Positions 1 through 11,253 of a stretch of DNA of 64,000 bases are shown one piece after another. The DNA is from an uncultured Pseudomonadota bacterium (GTDB lineage Bacteria > Oederibacteriota > Muellerivitia > Muellerivitales > Muellerivitaceae), in contig CAWJKT010000011.1 of the NCBI GenBank assembly GCA_963843375.1, forward strand, positions 1-64,000. The letters run 5' to 3'. The first letter of the stretch is position 1; each line of letters starts with the position of its first letter. The position numbers and the translations under genes were made by a program. The notes beneath the pieces were generated by a model. That model was not told the origin of the DNA. It was given only the letters and a program-made list of their open reading frames with translations, and did not search any database.

Positions 1-64
1 CATTTGTTCTTTTTCGCCACGCTCTTGGCTTATTTCTTGTAATCTTAATTAAGAAGAGGGTCGA

Positions 65-568
65 TTACTTCAAGTCATTGAATTGTTTCCCCACCTCCTG
101 GTAAGCCGTTTCCAGGACCGCCAATTGATCCTTGCCCTTGTCACCGTAGGTCTTCAGTAGCGTTATCTGCTTTACGATCCCTTGGAGATAGGCTTCCGCC
201 AGGTACTCCCGGGCTTCCGGAAAGTTCGGGCGAATTTTAAGGGCTTTCCAATAATTGTCCATTGCCGCATCCATCAGTTCGTCATCCATCGGACCGAGCT
301 TGCGCTGGGCGTGGGCAAGCATATTGAGGATGTCGGGTTGGTCTGGGTCGGCCTTTAGGGCCTGCTGGAAAAGATCCACCGCCTTTTGATAGTCATTGGC
401 TTTGCTGGCCGCGACTCCCTGGTCGTAAAGGCTGAGGGCCTTCTGTCCCGTCACGTCATTGTCGTCATTGATTTTGGGTGGACCGCTGGATTGGCTCGCT
501 TCTGAGAATTTTTCCAAGCCGGTATAGGAAAGCGCCAATACCGTTAAAAGTATAATTACTGGTTTCAT
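65..568 (-). CDS. Secreted tetratricopeptide-repeat protein
   Basis: N-terminal signal-like segment (MKPVIILLTVLALSYTG); TPR-like helices (YDQGVAASKANDYQKAVDLFQQALKADP, YWKALKIRPNFPEAREYLAEAY); AAGGAG RBS favours the start at 568. Confidence 0.75.
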   Translation of the reverse strand: MKPVIILLTVLALSYTGLEKFSEASQSSGPPKINDDNDVTGQKALSLYDQGVAASKANDYQKAVDLFQQALKADPDQPDILNMLAHAQRKLGPMDDELMDAAMDNYWKALKIRPNFPEAREYLAEAYLQGIVKQITLLKTYGDKGKDQLAVLETAYQEVGKQFNDLK

Positions 569-731
569 GGAAGACTCCTTCATGTGGATTTAACGGGAAG
601 GCCAGCCAACATCTATCCCCATTCCAACCTAGTATTAAAAAGGGTTCATAAAAGTTACAGGCTCGCGGTAGGTAGGAGTTCAACTTTTAACGAGTTGCTA
701 ACACTCCCCGTTAAAAACCCCCAAAGGCTTT

Positions 732-1010
732 TTATTGCAAGAGGTGGACTTTGCGTAAAAAACGGTTCAAAAGATCCTCGATCAAAATCTTATCCTTCTT
801 GCTCAAGATGAGCGAATTACCTTCGGTCGTCAAAGTAACGATTTCGGCGAGCATTAAATCCCGCACTTCAGAATCCGTTATCTTCTGGCCTTCCGGGTTT
901 TGCTCTTTTAATTGCGCGAACCATTTTTCATAGAGTTCGAGGCCTTCTTTTTCCAGAAGATCCTCCACGAAAACGGTGATGCCCGAATCCCTGTTTGCCT
1001 TGGTGCCCAT
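732..1010 (-). CDS. Hypothetical protein (92 aa)
   Basis: Plausible ORF in a run of - strand genes; no recognised motif. Confidence 0.5.
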   Translation of the reverse strand: MGTKANRDSGITVFVEDLLEKEGLELYEKWFAQLKEQNPEGQKITDSEVRDLMLAEIVTLTTEGNSLILSKKDKILIEDLLNRFLRKVHLLQ

Positions 1011-1170
1011 TCTTTTTCTTTCTATTTAAAAACTGACTTGTTTGATGGATTTTACCTTTTTAGTGTAGACCGTCTTTCGTACTTCACCAGGTTTTTTATT
1101 CGGGAGGGAAATAGGGGAAAAACAAACCTAACGAATGCTTCCGGCCAAGCCTTGACTGTTGGGGTCGTCC

Positions 1171-2160
1171 CTATTTGGCTTCGGGAAGCCCCGGAGTGTA
1201 AGCGCGGAAGCAATTACGCGTCTGTTTGGCGTAGTACACCGCCGAGTCGGCCTTTTGAATGAGCACCTCGATACTATCCCCATCCTGGGGGAAGAGGCTG
1301 GCCCCGATGCTACAGGTGACACGGACTTCCTGGTTTAAGAGGCGGATGGGATGGGCTAGGACGGCCAATATCTTATCCCCCACCTTCTCAACGTCGGCGG
1401 GATCGGCCACGTTGGTCAGAATCACCGTAAATTCGTCCCCTCCCTGCCGGGCCAGCGTATCCCCGCTTCGAAGGCAAAGCAGGATACCTTGGGAAACTTC
1501 CTGGAGCAGCTTATCTCCCATGGGGTGGCCCAGGGTGTCGTTGATCCGTTTGAAATGGTCCAAATCGATGAAAAGCACCCCCAAGTTCTTGCCGGTCCTA
1601 TCGGCCTGGGTTAGGGCCTGGTCCAGCCGGTCGTAAAAGAGGAGCCGGTTGGGAAGGCCGGTCAAGGGGTCGTGGTGGGCCAAATGGTAGAGTTGGGCCT
1701 GCTTGCGTTCAGTCATTTCTTTTATCAACCGCTGGCCGGTGCTTATCCCCATATACTTCCCCTTTTGGGTGATGATGAATCCTTCGTATAAATATCTTTC
1801 CTCCTCGTCGGCGATGATGGCGCTCAAGTCGTCAAGACCCACGGTGCTTTCCACGATCAGGGGGGATTTTTCCATGACTGAGGAAATGGGCTTGCGCTCA
1901 TAAAGCTCTCGGAAGAAACGGCGGGAAAAGAGGTCCACCAGGGCGAAGCGATTGACCAGTCCTTGGGGAAATTCGTCATCCACCACGGCGATGGATTGGA
2001 TGGATTTGTCCTGGGCGAAGAGGGCGTAAACCTCCTCACAACGGGTTTGGGAGCCCACGGGTGGAACGGGCACCAAAAGGCGCTGGATAAAATCCTCTGG
2101 TTTTTGGTTTGAGTTTTGAAGAAAGGTATGGGAAAGGTGTCGAACGTTTAAAGTCATCAA
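1171..2160 (-). CDS. CBS-domain diguanylate cyclase
   Basis: HDPLTGLPNR, DLDHFKRINDTLGHPMGD, intact GGDEF with RSGD I-site; CBS-pair-like N-terminus. Confidence 0.9.
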   Translation of the reverse strand: MMTLNVRHLSHTFLQNSNQKPEDFIQRLLVPVPPVGSQTRCEEVYALFAQDKSIQSIAVVDDEFPQGLVNRFALVDLFSRRFFRELYERKPISSVMEKSPLIVESTVGLDDLSAIIADEEERYLYEGFIITQKGKYMGISTGQRLIKEMTERKQAQLYHLAHHDPLTGLPNRLLFYDRLDQALTQADRTGKNLGVLFIDLDHFKRINDTLGHPMGDKLLQEVSQGILLCLRSGDTLARQGGDEFTVILTNVADPADVEKVGDKILAVLAHPIRLLNQEVRVTCSIGASLFPQDGDSIEVLIQKADSAVYYAKQTRNCFRAYTPGLPEAK

Positions 2161-2281
2161 AGTCGACCCCGCTGAAGAAACTGGATTTTATGATAGGCCA
2201 CCCTTGTTTTTAAGTGTTTCGGGTATGTAAAAATTCATGTTAATTTTATGTCCGCAGAGGTCGGACCTCTGACTTCGAAAA

Positions 2282-2989
2282 CTAATCGAAGTTGGCCTTG
2301 ATGCCATGGGTGGAAATGGGCAGGCCCTCCAGGCGCAGGTGGGAAACGTCACAAAAGCCGATACAGCGGGGCACGGCCCATTTTTCGGAACGCATGTCGA
2401 ATAGCACCGTCGTCACCGAGGAAGGCGCCATCCAGAAGCCGGACCACATGAGGGGCAGAGGAATTTCCAACAAATGGGAGAGCCAAGTGAGACCGAAGCC
2501 CCCGTGGCAGAAGACGGCGATACTTTCCCTGTTTTCCTTGAAGCACCCAGTAACGCCCGCCAGCGCGGCGGTAGCCGTGGCGCTTAAGGAAAGCGTCCGA
2601 ATGGCGATTGACTCGGGTGATTACCCGGCGGAACTTCTTCGAGCCCAGATTAGGGATTTGGTGCCAAGCCTCTGGGTCAGGACTTCCCTCTTCTCCCTGA
2701 TGATTTCGCCGGGCAGGTCCCAGGCGATCAAGGGGCCCCAGGGCGGGATAGGTTCCATTTTCAATTCGGAAAGTTCCCGGGTCCAGTTTTCCACTTTGGT
2801 TTTAAGGCCCGTGGCCTTGGCCGTGTACTCCGCCGTGTGAAGAGCGCGACCCAAGGGTGAGGAATAGATCCGAGTGAGTCCTTCGCTTTTCAACCGCTTG
2901 GCCAGGGCTTTCGCTTCCATGTGGCCTTGCTTCGTGATGGTGTTATGTTCGTAATCGGGTTCGGCGTGGCGAATGAGATAGAGGCGCAT
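2282..2989 (-). CDS. Histidine phosphatase (phosphoglycerate mutase superfamily), frameshifted in this sequence
   Basis: LIRHAE and SSPLGRA motifs in 2621-2989; C-terminal VFCHGG...DVSHL in another frame ending at 2282. Confidence 0.8.
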
Positions 2990-3007
2990 GAGTTTTTCTT
3001 TCTCGGA

Positions 3008-3406
3008 TTAAATCCAGTGAATAGTTAATTCTTTTTCGACGCCCTTAAATTCCCTGTTGCCGGTCACCAAGACTCCTTTTTGCCGCAGGGTTAAGGACGC
3101 GGCAAAAGCATCCGCGTATCCCAAACCATAGCTGCCTTTAAGCCTGGCGGCCAGAAGCGACGTGGCCACATCCACGGAGGGCATTTCAAAAAATAATTCA
3201 TCCAGCATTTGGACAAGGCTTTCGGCTTTTTTCGGGCCCTCTTTTCGGGAAACGATATGAAATATTTCACCGAGATTAATCGGTGAAAGAAAAAGGGAAG
3301 CCTCTTGCTGAACCGCGGCCTTGAGGAGTTTTTGGACTTCCGGCGCGCCATCCTCCCCCAGGAAATAACTGAGAAGGGCGCTACTGTCAAAGATAAGGGG
3401 ATTCAA
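3008..3406 (-). CDS. vapC: VapC-family PIN-domain toxin
   Basis: IFDSSALL, NLGE and YADA PIN motifs; overlaps the upstream antitoxin by 4 nt. Confidence 0.85.
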   Translation of the reverse strand: MNPLIFDSSALLSYFLGEDGAPEVQKLLKAAVQQEASLFLSPINLGEIFHIVSRKEGPKKAESLVQMLDELFFEMPSVDVATSLLAARLKGSYGLGYADAFAASLTLRQKGVLVTGNREFKGVEKELTIHWI

Positions 3407-3666
3407 CGCTGGGTCCAGCGTTTCGCATTTTTATCTTCCCGGATTCGTTCTTTGCGGCCTTCTTCCAGGAGGTCTTTTGTCAGGGAACCCTTTCCGCCTT
3501 TGAGAATTCCGGCATATTGGTCAATCAGCTTTGCGTTCAGGGGAACCAGGTAAATTCGGCCGTTTTCCTCGGCGAAGTGGACCCGGGTACCCTTTTGGAT
3601 CTCATATTTTTCCCGTAAATCCATCGGAATCACCACTTGTCCTTTGGTCGTGACAACACTATCCAT
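3403..3666 (-). CDS. AbrB/MazE/SpoVT-family antitoxin
   Basis: TTKGQVVIPMDLREKY swapped-hairpin motif; directly upstream of the PIN gene. Confidence 0.85.
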   Translation of the reverse strand: MDSVVTTKGQVVIPMDLREKYEIQKGTRVHFAEENGRIYLVPLNAKLIDQYAGILKGGKGSLTKDLLEEGRKERIREDKNAKRWTQR

Positions 3667-3736
3667 AGAGCATACTCCTTAAAAAAGTAATACTTATATT
3701 AATAGTAATACCTAAAATGGAGGTTGTCCATTGAAT

Positions 3737-3752
3737 TGTTCCACATGGAACA
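3737..3752. promoter_or_regulatory. parS-type centromere site
   Basis: TGTTCCACATGGAACA; one mismatch to the TGTTNCACGTGNAACA parS pattern. Confidence 0.8.
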
Positions 3753-3947
3753 AAAGGCCAGAGTTGGGTTTTGAAAACCCTAAAGTCATGAAGAAAATCT
3801 TTTTCACCAACAAGGGCGCAAACCCGCTCGCCCAAAAACCGAAAGTAAATTAGATTTTAAAAAAGCTTTTAAAGATATTGTTCTTTGGAGTTCGTGGAGA
3901 AGCGATTGGGCCTTGGCGGTTCAAACCGCTGGTCCTTTTGAGCGGCG

Positions 3948-3976
3948 TTGTACCTCTTCCCTACTTGTGTTATAAA
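3948..3976 (+). promoter_or_regulatory. Sigma70-type promoter of mnmG
   Basis: TTGTAC-17 nt-TATAAA with extended -10 TG, about 30 nt before the TTG start. Confidence 0.55.
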
Positions 3977-4006
3977 CTCGCTCTTAACTTTTTTTCGGAG
4001 CGAATC

Positions 4007-5914
4007 TTGTCTTCACATTTCCAAACTTATGACGTGATCGTAGTCGGGGCCGGACACGCCGGTTGCGAGGCAGCGCTGGCCTGTGCCCGCATGGGGCTTT
4101 CCACCGCGCTCTTGACCATGAACCCGGATACCATCGCCAAGATGAGCTGCAACCCGGCGGTGGGAGGCTTGGCTAAGGGGCACCTGGTGCGCGAGATCGA
4201 CGCTCTTGGCGGTGAGATGGCCAAGGCCACCGACGAAACTTCCATCCAGTCGCGCGTGCTGAACAAAACCCAAGGGCCGGCGGTTTGGGGACTTCGCGCC
4301 CAATGCGACAAGGAACAATACAACCAGCGCATGAAGCTCACGGTATTGCGCCAGCCAGGGCTAGAGGTAAAGCAAGCCATGGTGGAACGCCTAATGGTGG
4401 AGGGCGTCGTCGTGAAGGGCGTTCTTACCCAAACAGGTGACGAGCTCAAGGCCAAGGCCGTGGTAATTACCACCGGCACCTTCTTGAATGGCCTGATGCA
4501 TATCGGTGAAACCAAAATCGAGGGAGGCCGCAACGGCGACTCTTCGTCCAAAGGCCTTCCCCTTCATCTAAGGGAACTGGGTTTTGACGTGAGACGGCTG
4601 AAAACCGGAACCAACCCGCGCGTGAAGCGGGAGTCCATCGACTTTTCCAAGACGGAAGAACAATGGGGAGACGCGGATCCGGTTCCCTTCTCCCATTTCA
4701 CCACTACTTTCCCACTGCAACCCCAGATCGCCTGCCATATCACCTATACCAACAACAAGACTCACCAGGCTATCAAGGATAACATGTCCCGCTCGCCCCT
4801 CTATTCGGGGGTCATCAAGGGTATTGGACCCCGCTACTGCCCGTCCATTGAGGACAAAGTGGTTAAATTTCCCGATAAGGAAAGGCATCAAATTTTCCTG
4901 GAGCCCGAGGGACTTTCCACCAACGAGTATTACCTGAACGGTCTTTCCACTTCCCTGCCCCTGGACGCCCAATATTCCTTTCTCCACACCGTCCCGGGCC
5001 TGGAACGGGCCGAAATTGTCCGGCCGGGATACGCGGTGGAATATGACTTTGTCCCCCCCACCCAGGTTTCCCATAGTCTGGAGACTTATCGGGTGAAGAA
5101 CCTCTTTCTGGCCGGGCAAATCAACGGAACATCAGGGTATGAGGAAGCCGCCGCCCAGGGTTTGATGGCCGGAATCAACGCCGCTCTTTCGGTAAAGGGT
5201 CTGGCGCCTTTCCTCCTTTCGCGCACGGAAGCCTATATGGGGGTTTTGGTCGATGATTTGGTCACCAAAGGCACCGAGGAACCCTATCGGCTCTTCACCT
5301 CCAAGGCTGAATATCGGCTTCTTTTGAGGCCGGATAACGCTGACTTGAGGTTGATGGAAAAGGGATATGAGTTGGGTTTGATCCCTCGGGAGGCCCGGGA
5401 AGCCCTGATCGCCAAAAAGGTCCAAATCGAAAGAGGTTTGAAGGGTTTCCGAACTCGGGTTTTGCCCCCGGAGGCTGCCCCTAATGAAGCCTTACAACTG
5501 ACGCTCCAGGACCGGGCTCTTTATTTGGACAACATTCTTCGCCGGCCTTGGATGACCTATGAGGGTCTGAGACCTTTTCTTCCCCCTGACCTGCAGTTTG
5601 AGCCCGAAGTGGCCTTTCAGATCGAAGTGGAGTTGAAGTACGAGGGCTATTTGCGCAAGCAAAGGCAGGAGATCCAACGGCAAAGCCGAAACGAGACCCT
5701 TCCCATCCCCCGGGACTTCCCCTACTTGGAGGTCCAGGGTTTTTCCCGGGAAGCCAAGGAAAAATTGAATAAAATTAAGCCTGAAACTTTTGGTCAGGCC
5801 ACCCGAATCCAGGGGGTCAGCCAAGCCGACTTAGCGGTTTTCCTTTTGGCTCTTAGCCGCTACTCCAAAAGGCAAACGGAGGTTTCTTTAACTTCCCCGG
5901 AAACTGAAGTTTGA
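4007..5914 (+). CDS. mnmG: tRNA uridine 5-carboxymethylaminomethyl modification enzyme MnmG (GidA)
   Basis: YDVIVVGAGHAGCEAA, MSCNPAVGG, GPRYCPSIEDK, AGQINGTSGYEEAAAQG; TTG start after GGAG. Confidence 0.97.
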   Translation: MSSHFQTYDVIVVGAGHAGCEAALACARMGLSTALLTMNPDTIAKMSCNPAVGGLAKGHLVREIDALGGEMAKATDETSIQSRVLNKTQGPAVWGLRAQCDKEQYNQRMKLTVLRQPGLEVKQAMVERLMVEGVVVKGVLTQTGDELKAKAVVITTGTFLNGLMHIGETKIEGGRNGDSSSKGLPLHLRELGFDVRRLKTGTNPRVKRESIDFSKTEEQWGDADPVPFSHFTTTFPLQPQIACHITYTNNKTHQAIKDNMSRSPLYSGVIKGIGPRYCPSIEDKVVKFPDKERHQIFLEPEGLSTNEYYLNGLSTSLPLDAQYSFLHTVPGLERAEIVRPGYAVEYDFVPPTQVSHSLETYRVKNLFLAGQINGTSGYEEAAAQGLMAGINAALSVKGLAPFLLSRTEAYMGVLVDDLVTKGTEEPYRLFTSKAEYRLLLRPDNADLRLMEKGYELGLIPREAREALIAKKVQIERGLKGFRTRVLPPEAAPNEALQLTLQDRALYLDNILRRPWMTYEGLRPFLPPDLQFEPEVAFQIEVELKYEGYLRKQRQEIQRQSRNETLPIPRDFPYLEVQGFSREAKEKLNKIKPETFGQATRIQGVSQADLAVFLLALSRYSKRQTEVSLTSPETEV

Positions 5915-6639
5915 GCTTAACCCCTGAACTTTTGGGGGAAACCCTCGAGAAAGCCGGGTTAACCGGCTTAATCTCAAAGGATTCCCTTTCCTCTCTTACA
6001 CGATTCTCCCTGCAAATGATCCAAATCAACGAAAACCTTAACCTCACCCGTTGGGTCGAAGATGAGGCCTTCCTCAACTACCATCTGCTCGATTCCGCTT
6101 ACGCCTTACCTTCGTTAAAGTCTTTGATCAAGGGCCCGCAGCGATGGATGGATTTGGGGTCAGGCTGTGGATTTCCGGGGGCCGTCCTGATCGCGGCTTT
6201 TCCGGAGTTGGAAGTAACCTTGATGGATTCGGTAGCCAAGAAGACCAATGCCCTCATGATTTGCCTGGACGCAGCGGGTTGGAAGTCCAAGACCCTGACG
6301 GGTCGGGCCGAGGAGATCGGCCGTAACGCCCAAACCCGGGAAACCTGGGATGGCGTGGCTATCCGCGCGGTGGCCGATTTTCGAGTGGTTCTGGAATACG
6401 GTATGCCCCTCTTGAAAACCGGTGGATATCTTGTGAACTGGATGACGGAGGACCAATGGGCCGCCGTGGATAAGGGTCAAAAGGCCCTGGACTTGCTCCA
6501 GGGAAAAATCGTTCAAAAGGTATCCTATTCGCTCCCTGGTTTAAATCGGTCACGTTTTATAGTGATTGTGGAGAAACTGGGGACAACTTCCCCAACTTAT
6601 CCACGTCCTGTTGGTCAACCTTCCAAGAAGCCCCTTTGA
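5911..6639 (+). CDS. rsmG: 16S rRNA m7G527 methyltransferase RsmG (GidB)
   Basis: NLNLT, HLLDS, DLGSGCGFPG, GRAEE; follows mnmG. Confidence 0.93.
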   Translation: MSLTPELLGETLEKAGLTGLISKDSLSSLTRFSLQMIQINENLNLTRWVEDEAFLNYHLLDSAYALPSLKSLIKGPQRWMDLGSGCGFPGAVLIAAFPELEVTLMDSVAKKTNALMICLDAAGWKSKTLTGRAEEIGRNAQTRETWDGVAIRAVADFRVVLEYGMPLLKTGGYLVNWMTEDQWAAVDKGQKALDLLQGKIVQKVSYSLPGLNRSRFIVIVEKLGTTSPTYPRPVGQPSKKPL

Positions 6640-6890
6640 AGAATTTCACCCGAATCAAATCGGAACCTGTTTTTTAAAACTGAATCCCTCGCAATCCAAA
6701 GCCCTTTCACACTTTGTTCCATGTGGAACAATTTCCGGAGTGGGACTAAAAATAACTCCCCAACGGGGCTAAAACTGCATTTAAATAAAGACCTATTTAT
6801 TGGGCAAATTTTGATAAAGGCTTTTGAAATGAACGGAAAAACAATCATTTTTAAAATGTATTTAAAACCCTATACGACTATAATAACGCC
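6567..6890. other. Candidate replication origin (DnaA-box-like cluster plus AT-rich region)
   Basis: TGTGGAGAA 6567, TGGGGACAA 6578, TTATCCACG 6597 (1-2 mismatches to TTATCCACA); AT-rich stretch about 6780-6885. Confidence 0.45.
6715..6730. promoter_or_regulatory. parS-type centromere site (inverted copy)
   Basis: TGTTCCATGTGGAACA, the exact reverse complement of 3737-3752. Confidence 0.8.
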
Positions 6891-7074
6891 TGTCTTTACT
6901 CGCTGTTTCGCATCCGATTCAGATCAAAAATAATCGATCCGGCCCCGTTCGGGGCCTAAAAGTGTTTATGAACGTCGGGAGAGGCTTGTAAGTAGGCCCT
7001 TCGTTATCGTTAAAAGCGTTCTTGGGACCCCTTTTGGGTGACCGACACACGTACTTATTTTAAGAGGTTGATGA

Positions 7075-8195
7075 GTGCATGTTTGCTCCTTACGGCTTTC
7101 CCATTTTCGAAATTATGAATCGCTGGAGGCGGAGTTTCATCCACAACTGAATCTCTTTTTGGGTCCGAATGCCCAGGGAAAAACCAACATTCTCGAAGGG
7201 CTTTATTGCCTCTCGACCACCCGTTCTTTTCGGGCGGCTTCCGACGAGGAAATGATCCAATTTGGCCAGGAAGCGGGGGCGATCGAAGGCCTTTTGCAAC
7301 GTGAAGAGGGAAAGGAACAAATCCGGCTGGAACTCCGGAAGGAAAAGAGCAAAACCCTTCTCGTTAATGGCAAGAAGCAAAAAAAGCTCTCTTCCCTTCT
7401 GGGTCGCCTGCCGGCGGTGGTTTTTTCGCCCGATGATTTGTTTTTGGTCAAGGGAGGGCCCGCTTTAAGGCGGAGGTACCTGGACGTGACGATCCTTCAA
7501 ATGGATCAAGGGTATCTGGGGCATTTTCAGAAGTATGAACGGACTTTAAAACAGCGCAATTCCCTCTTGCGCCAAAGGGTCCCCAATGTGGAATCCCAAT
7601 TGGCGATTTGGGACGCGCCTTTGGCCGAACATGGGGCGGCGCTGATCCTCAAGCGGGCCGAAATGGCCCAGCGGCTTTCGACATTTGCGGGGCAAGCCCT
7701 TAAAGATTTGACGGGCGGAGTTGAAAAATTTGAAGTCCGGTATGAGCCCTGTCTTTCTTTGGAAGGCGGATCCGGAGTCCCTTCCGAAGGAAAATGCTTC
7801 AAGCTCTACTTCAAGCCCGAAGGGAAGAAGTGGCGAGGGGAGTGACCGTCGTCGGGCCTCACCGGGATGACTTGGGGCTTTGGGTGAATGAAAAGCCTTT
7901 GCGCAAGTTCGGAAGCCAGGGGCAGCAAAGAACGGGCGCCTTGGCTTTGAAGCTGGCGCAGTTGTCTCTTTTGACGGAGGGTTGCCAAACGGCGCCCCTG
8001 ATTTTGTTTGACGACGTGATGGCCGAGTTGGACGAGAAGCGCCGGGCTTTTTTCCTGAACCGCTTGCAACAGGGAGGTCAGGCTTTTTTAACGGGCACCT
8101 CCGCCCATGATTTTTCGGCGGCTTCCCAGAAAGCCCGGGTCTTTCGGGTGGAAAAGGGACAAGTGGCGATGACCCAAGAAGGGCCCGCCGCCTAA
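7075..8195 (+). CDS. recF: DNA replication/repair protein RecF (frameshift near 7790)
   Basis: FRNY, GPNAQGKTN, GGPALRRRYLD; second frame has GPHRDD, GSQGQQR, LFDDVMAELD. Confidence 0.93.
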
Positions 8196-8203
8196 AGGCA
8201 GGT

Positions 8204-8530
8204 ATGCGTCGCAGAAAAAAGCATCAAGGCGGTTTGGTGGAAGTCAGCGCGCTTTTGGAAGGCGCCCTTCAGACCCTGGGGGTCAAGGGCGATTTCGAGA
8301 AGTTCCGCGTGGAAAAAAAGTGCAGGGAAGTGCTGGGGGAAAAAGCGTCGAAGGCCTTAACGGGAGTCACTCTCAAGGGCCGGACGGTCCAGATGGCATT
8401 CAACCATTCCATCTGGATGAACGAAGTGAATTTACGAAAAGCGGAGATTCTCCAAAAGCTGCAAAAAGAATTTCCCGAAATCGGGATCAAGACACTGGCT
8501 TTGATGTTGTCGAGAGGCTCAAAGACTTAA
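8204..8530 (+). CDS. DciA/DUF721-family protein
   Basis: Position between recF and gyrB; size and the HSIWMNEV motif fit DUF721. Confidence 0.7.
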   Translation: MRRRKKHQGGLVEVSALLEGALQTLGVKGDFEKFRVEKKCREVLGEKASKALTGVTLKGRTVQMAFNHSIWMNEVNLRKAEILQKLQKEFPEIGIKTLALMLSRGSKT

Positions 8531-8564
8531 CCGAATATTCTCGAAAAAGGACGAATCAAGAATC

Positions 8565-11162
<2,598 letters not shown>

Positions 11163-11253
11163 AAAGTTTTAAGTTTTGAGATAATCAAAGCCTTTCAAAA
11201 ACTTAGAACCAAAAAGGAATCATTCAAGACTCTTAACGAAGCAAAGGAAAAAC

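Noticed and set aside
3813..3846. GGGCGCAAACCCGCTCGCCC / CCGAAAG as a c-di-GMP-I riboswitch
   Set aside because: Motif order and the second stem do not fit, and it lies upstream of the mnmG promoter
3878..4006. 43-aa N-terminal extension of MnmG in the ORF track
   Set aside because: The region contains a promoter and the RBS; TTG at 4007 gives a normal-length protein
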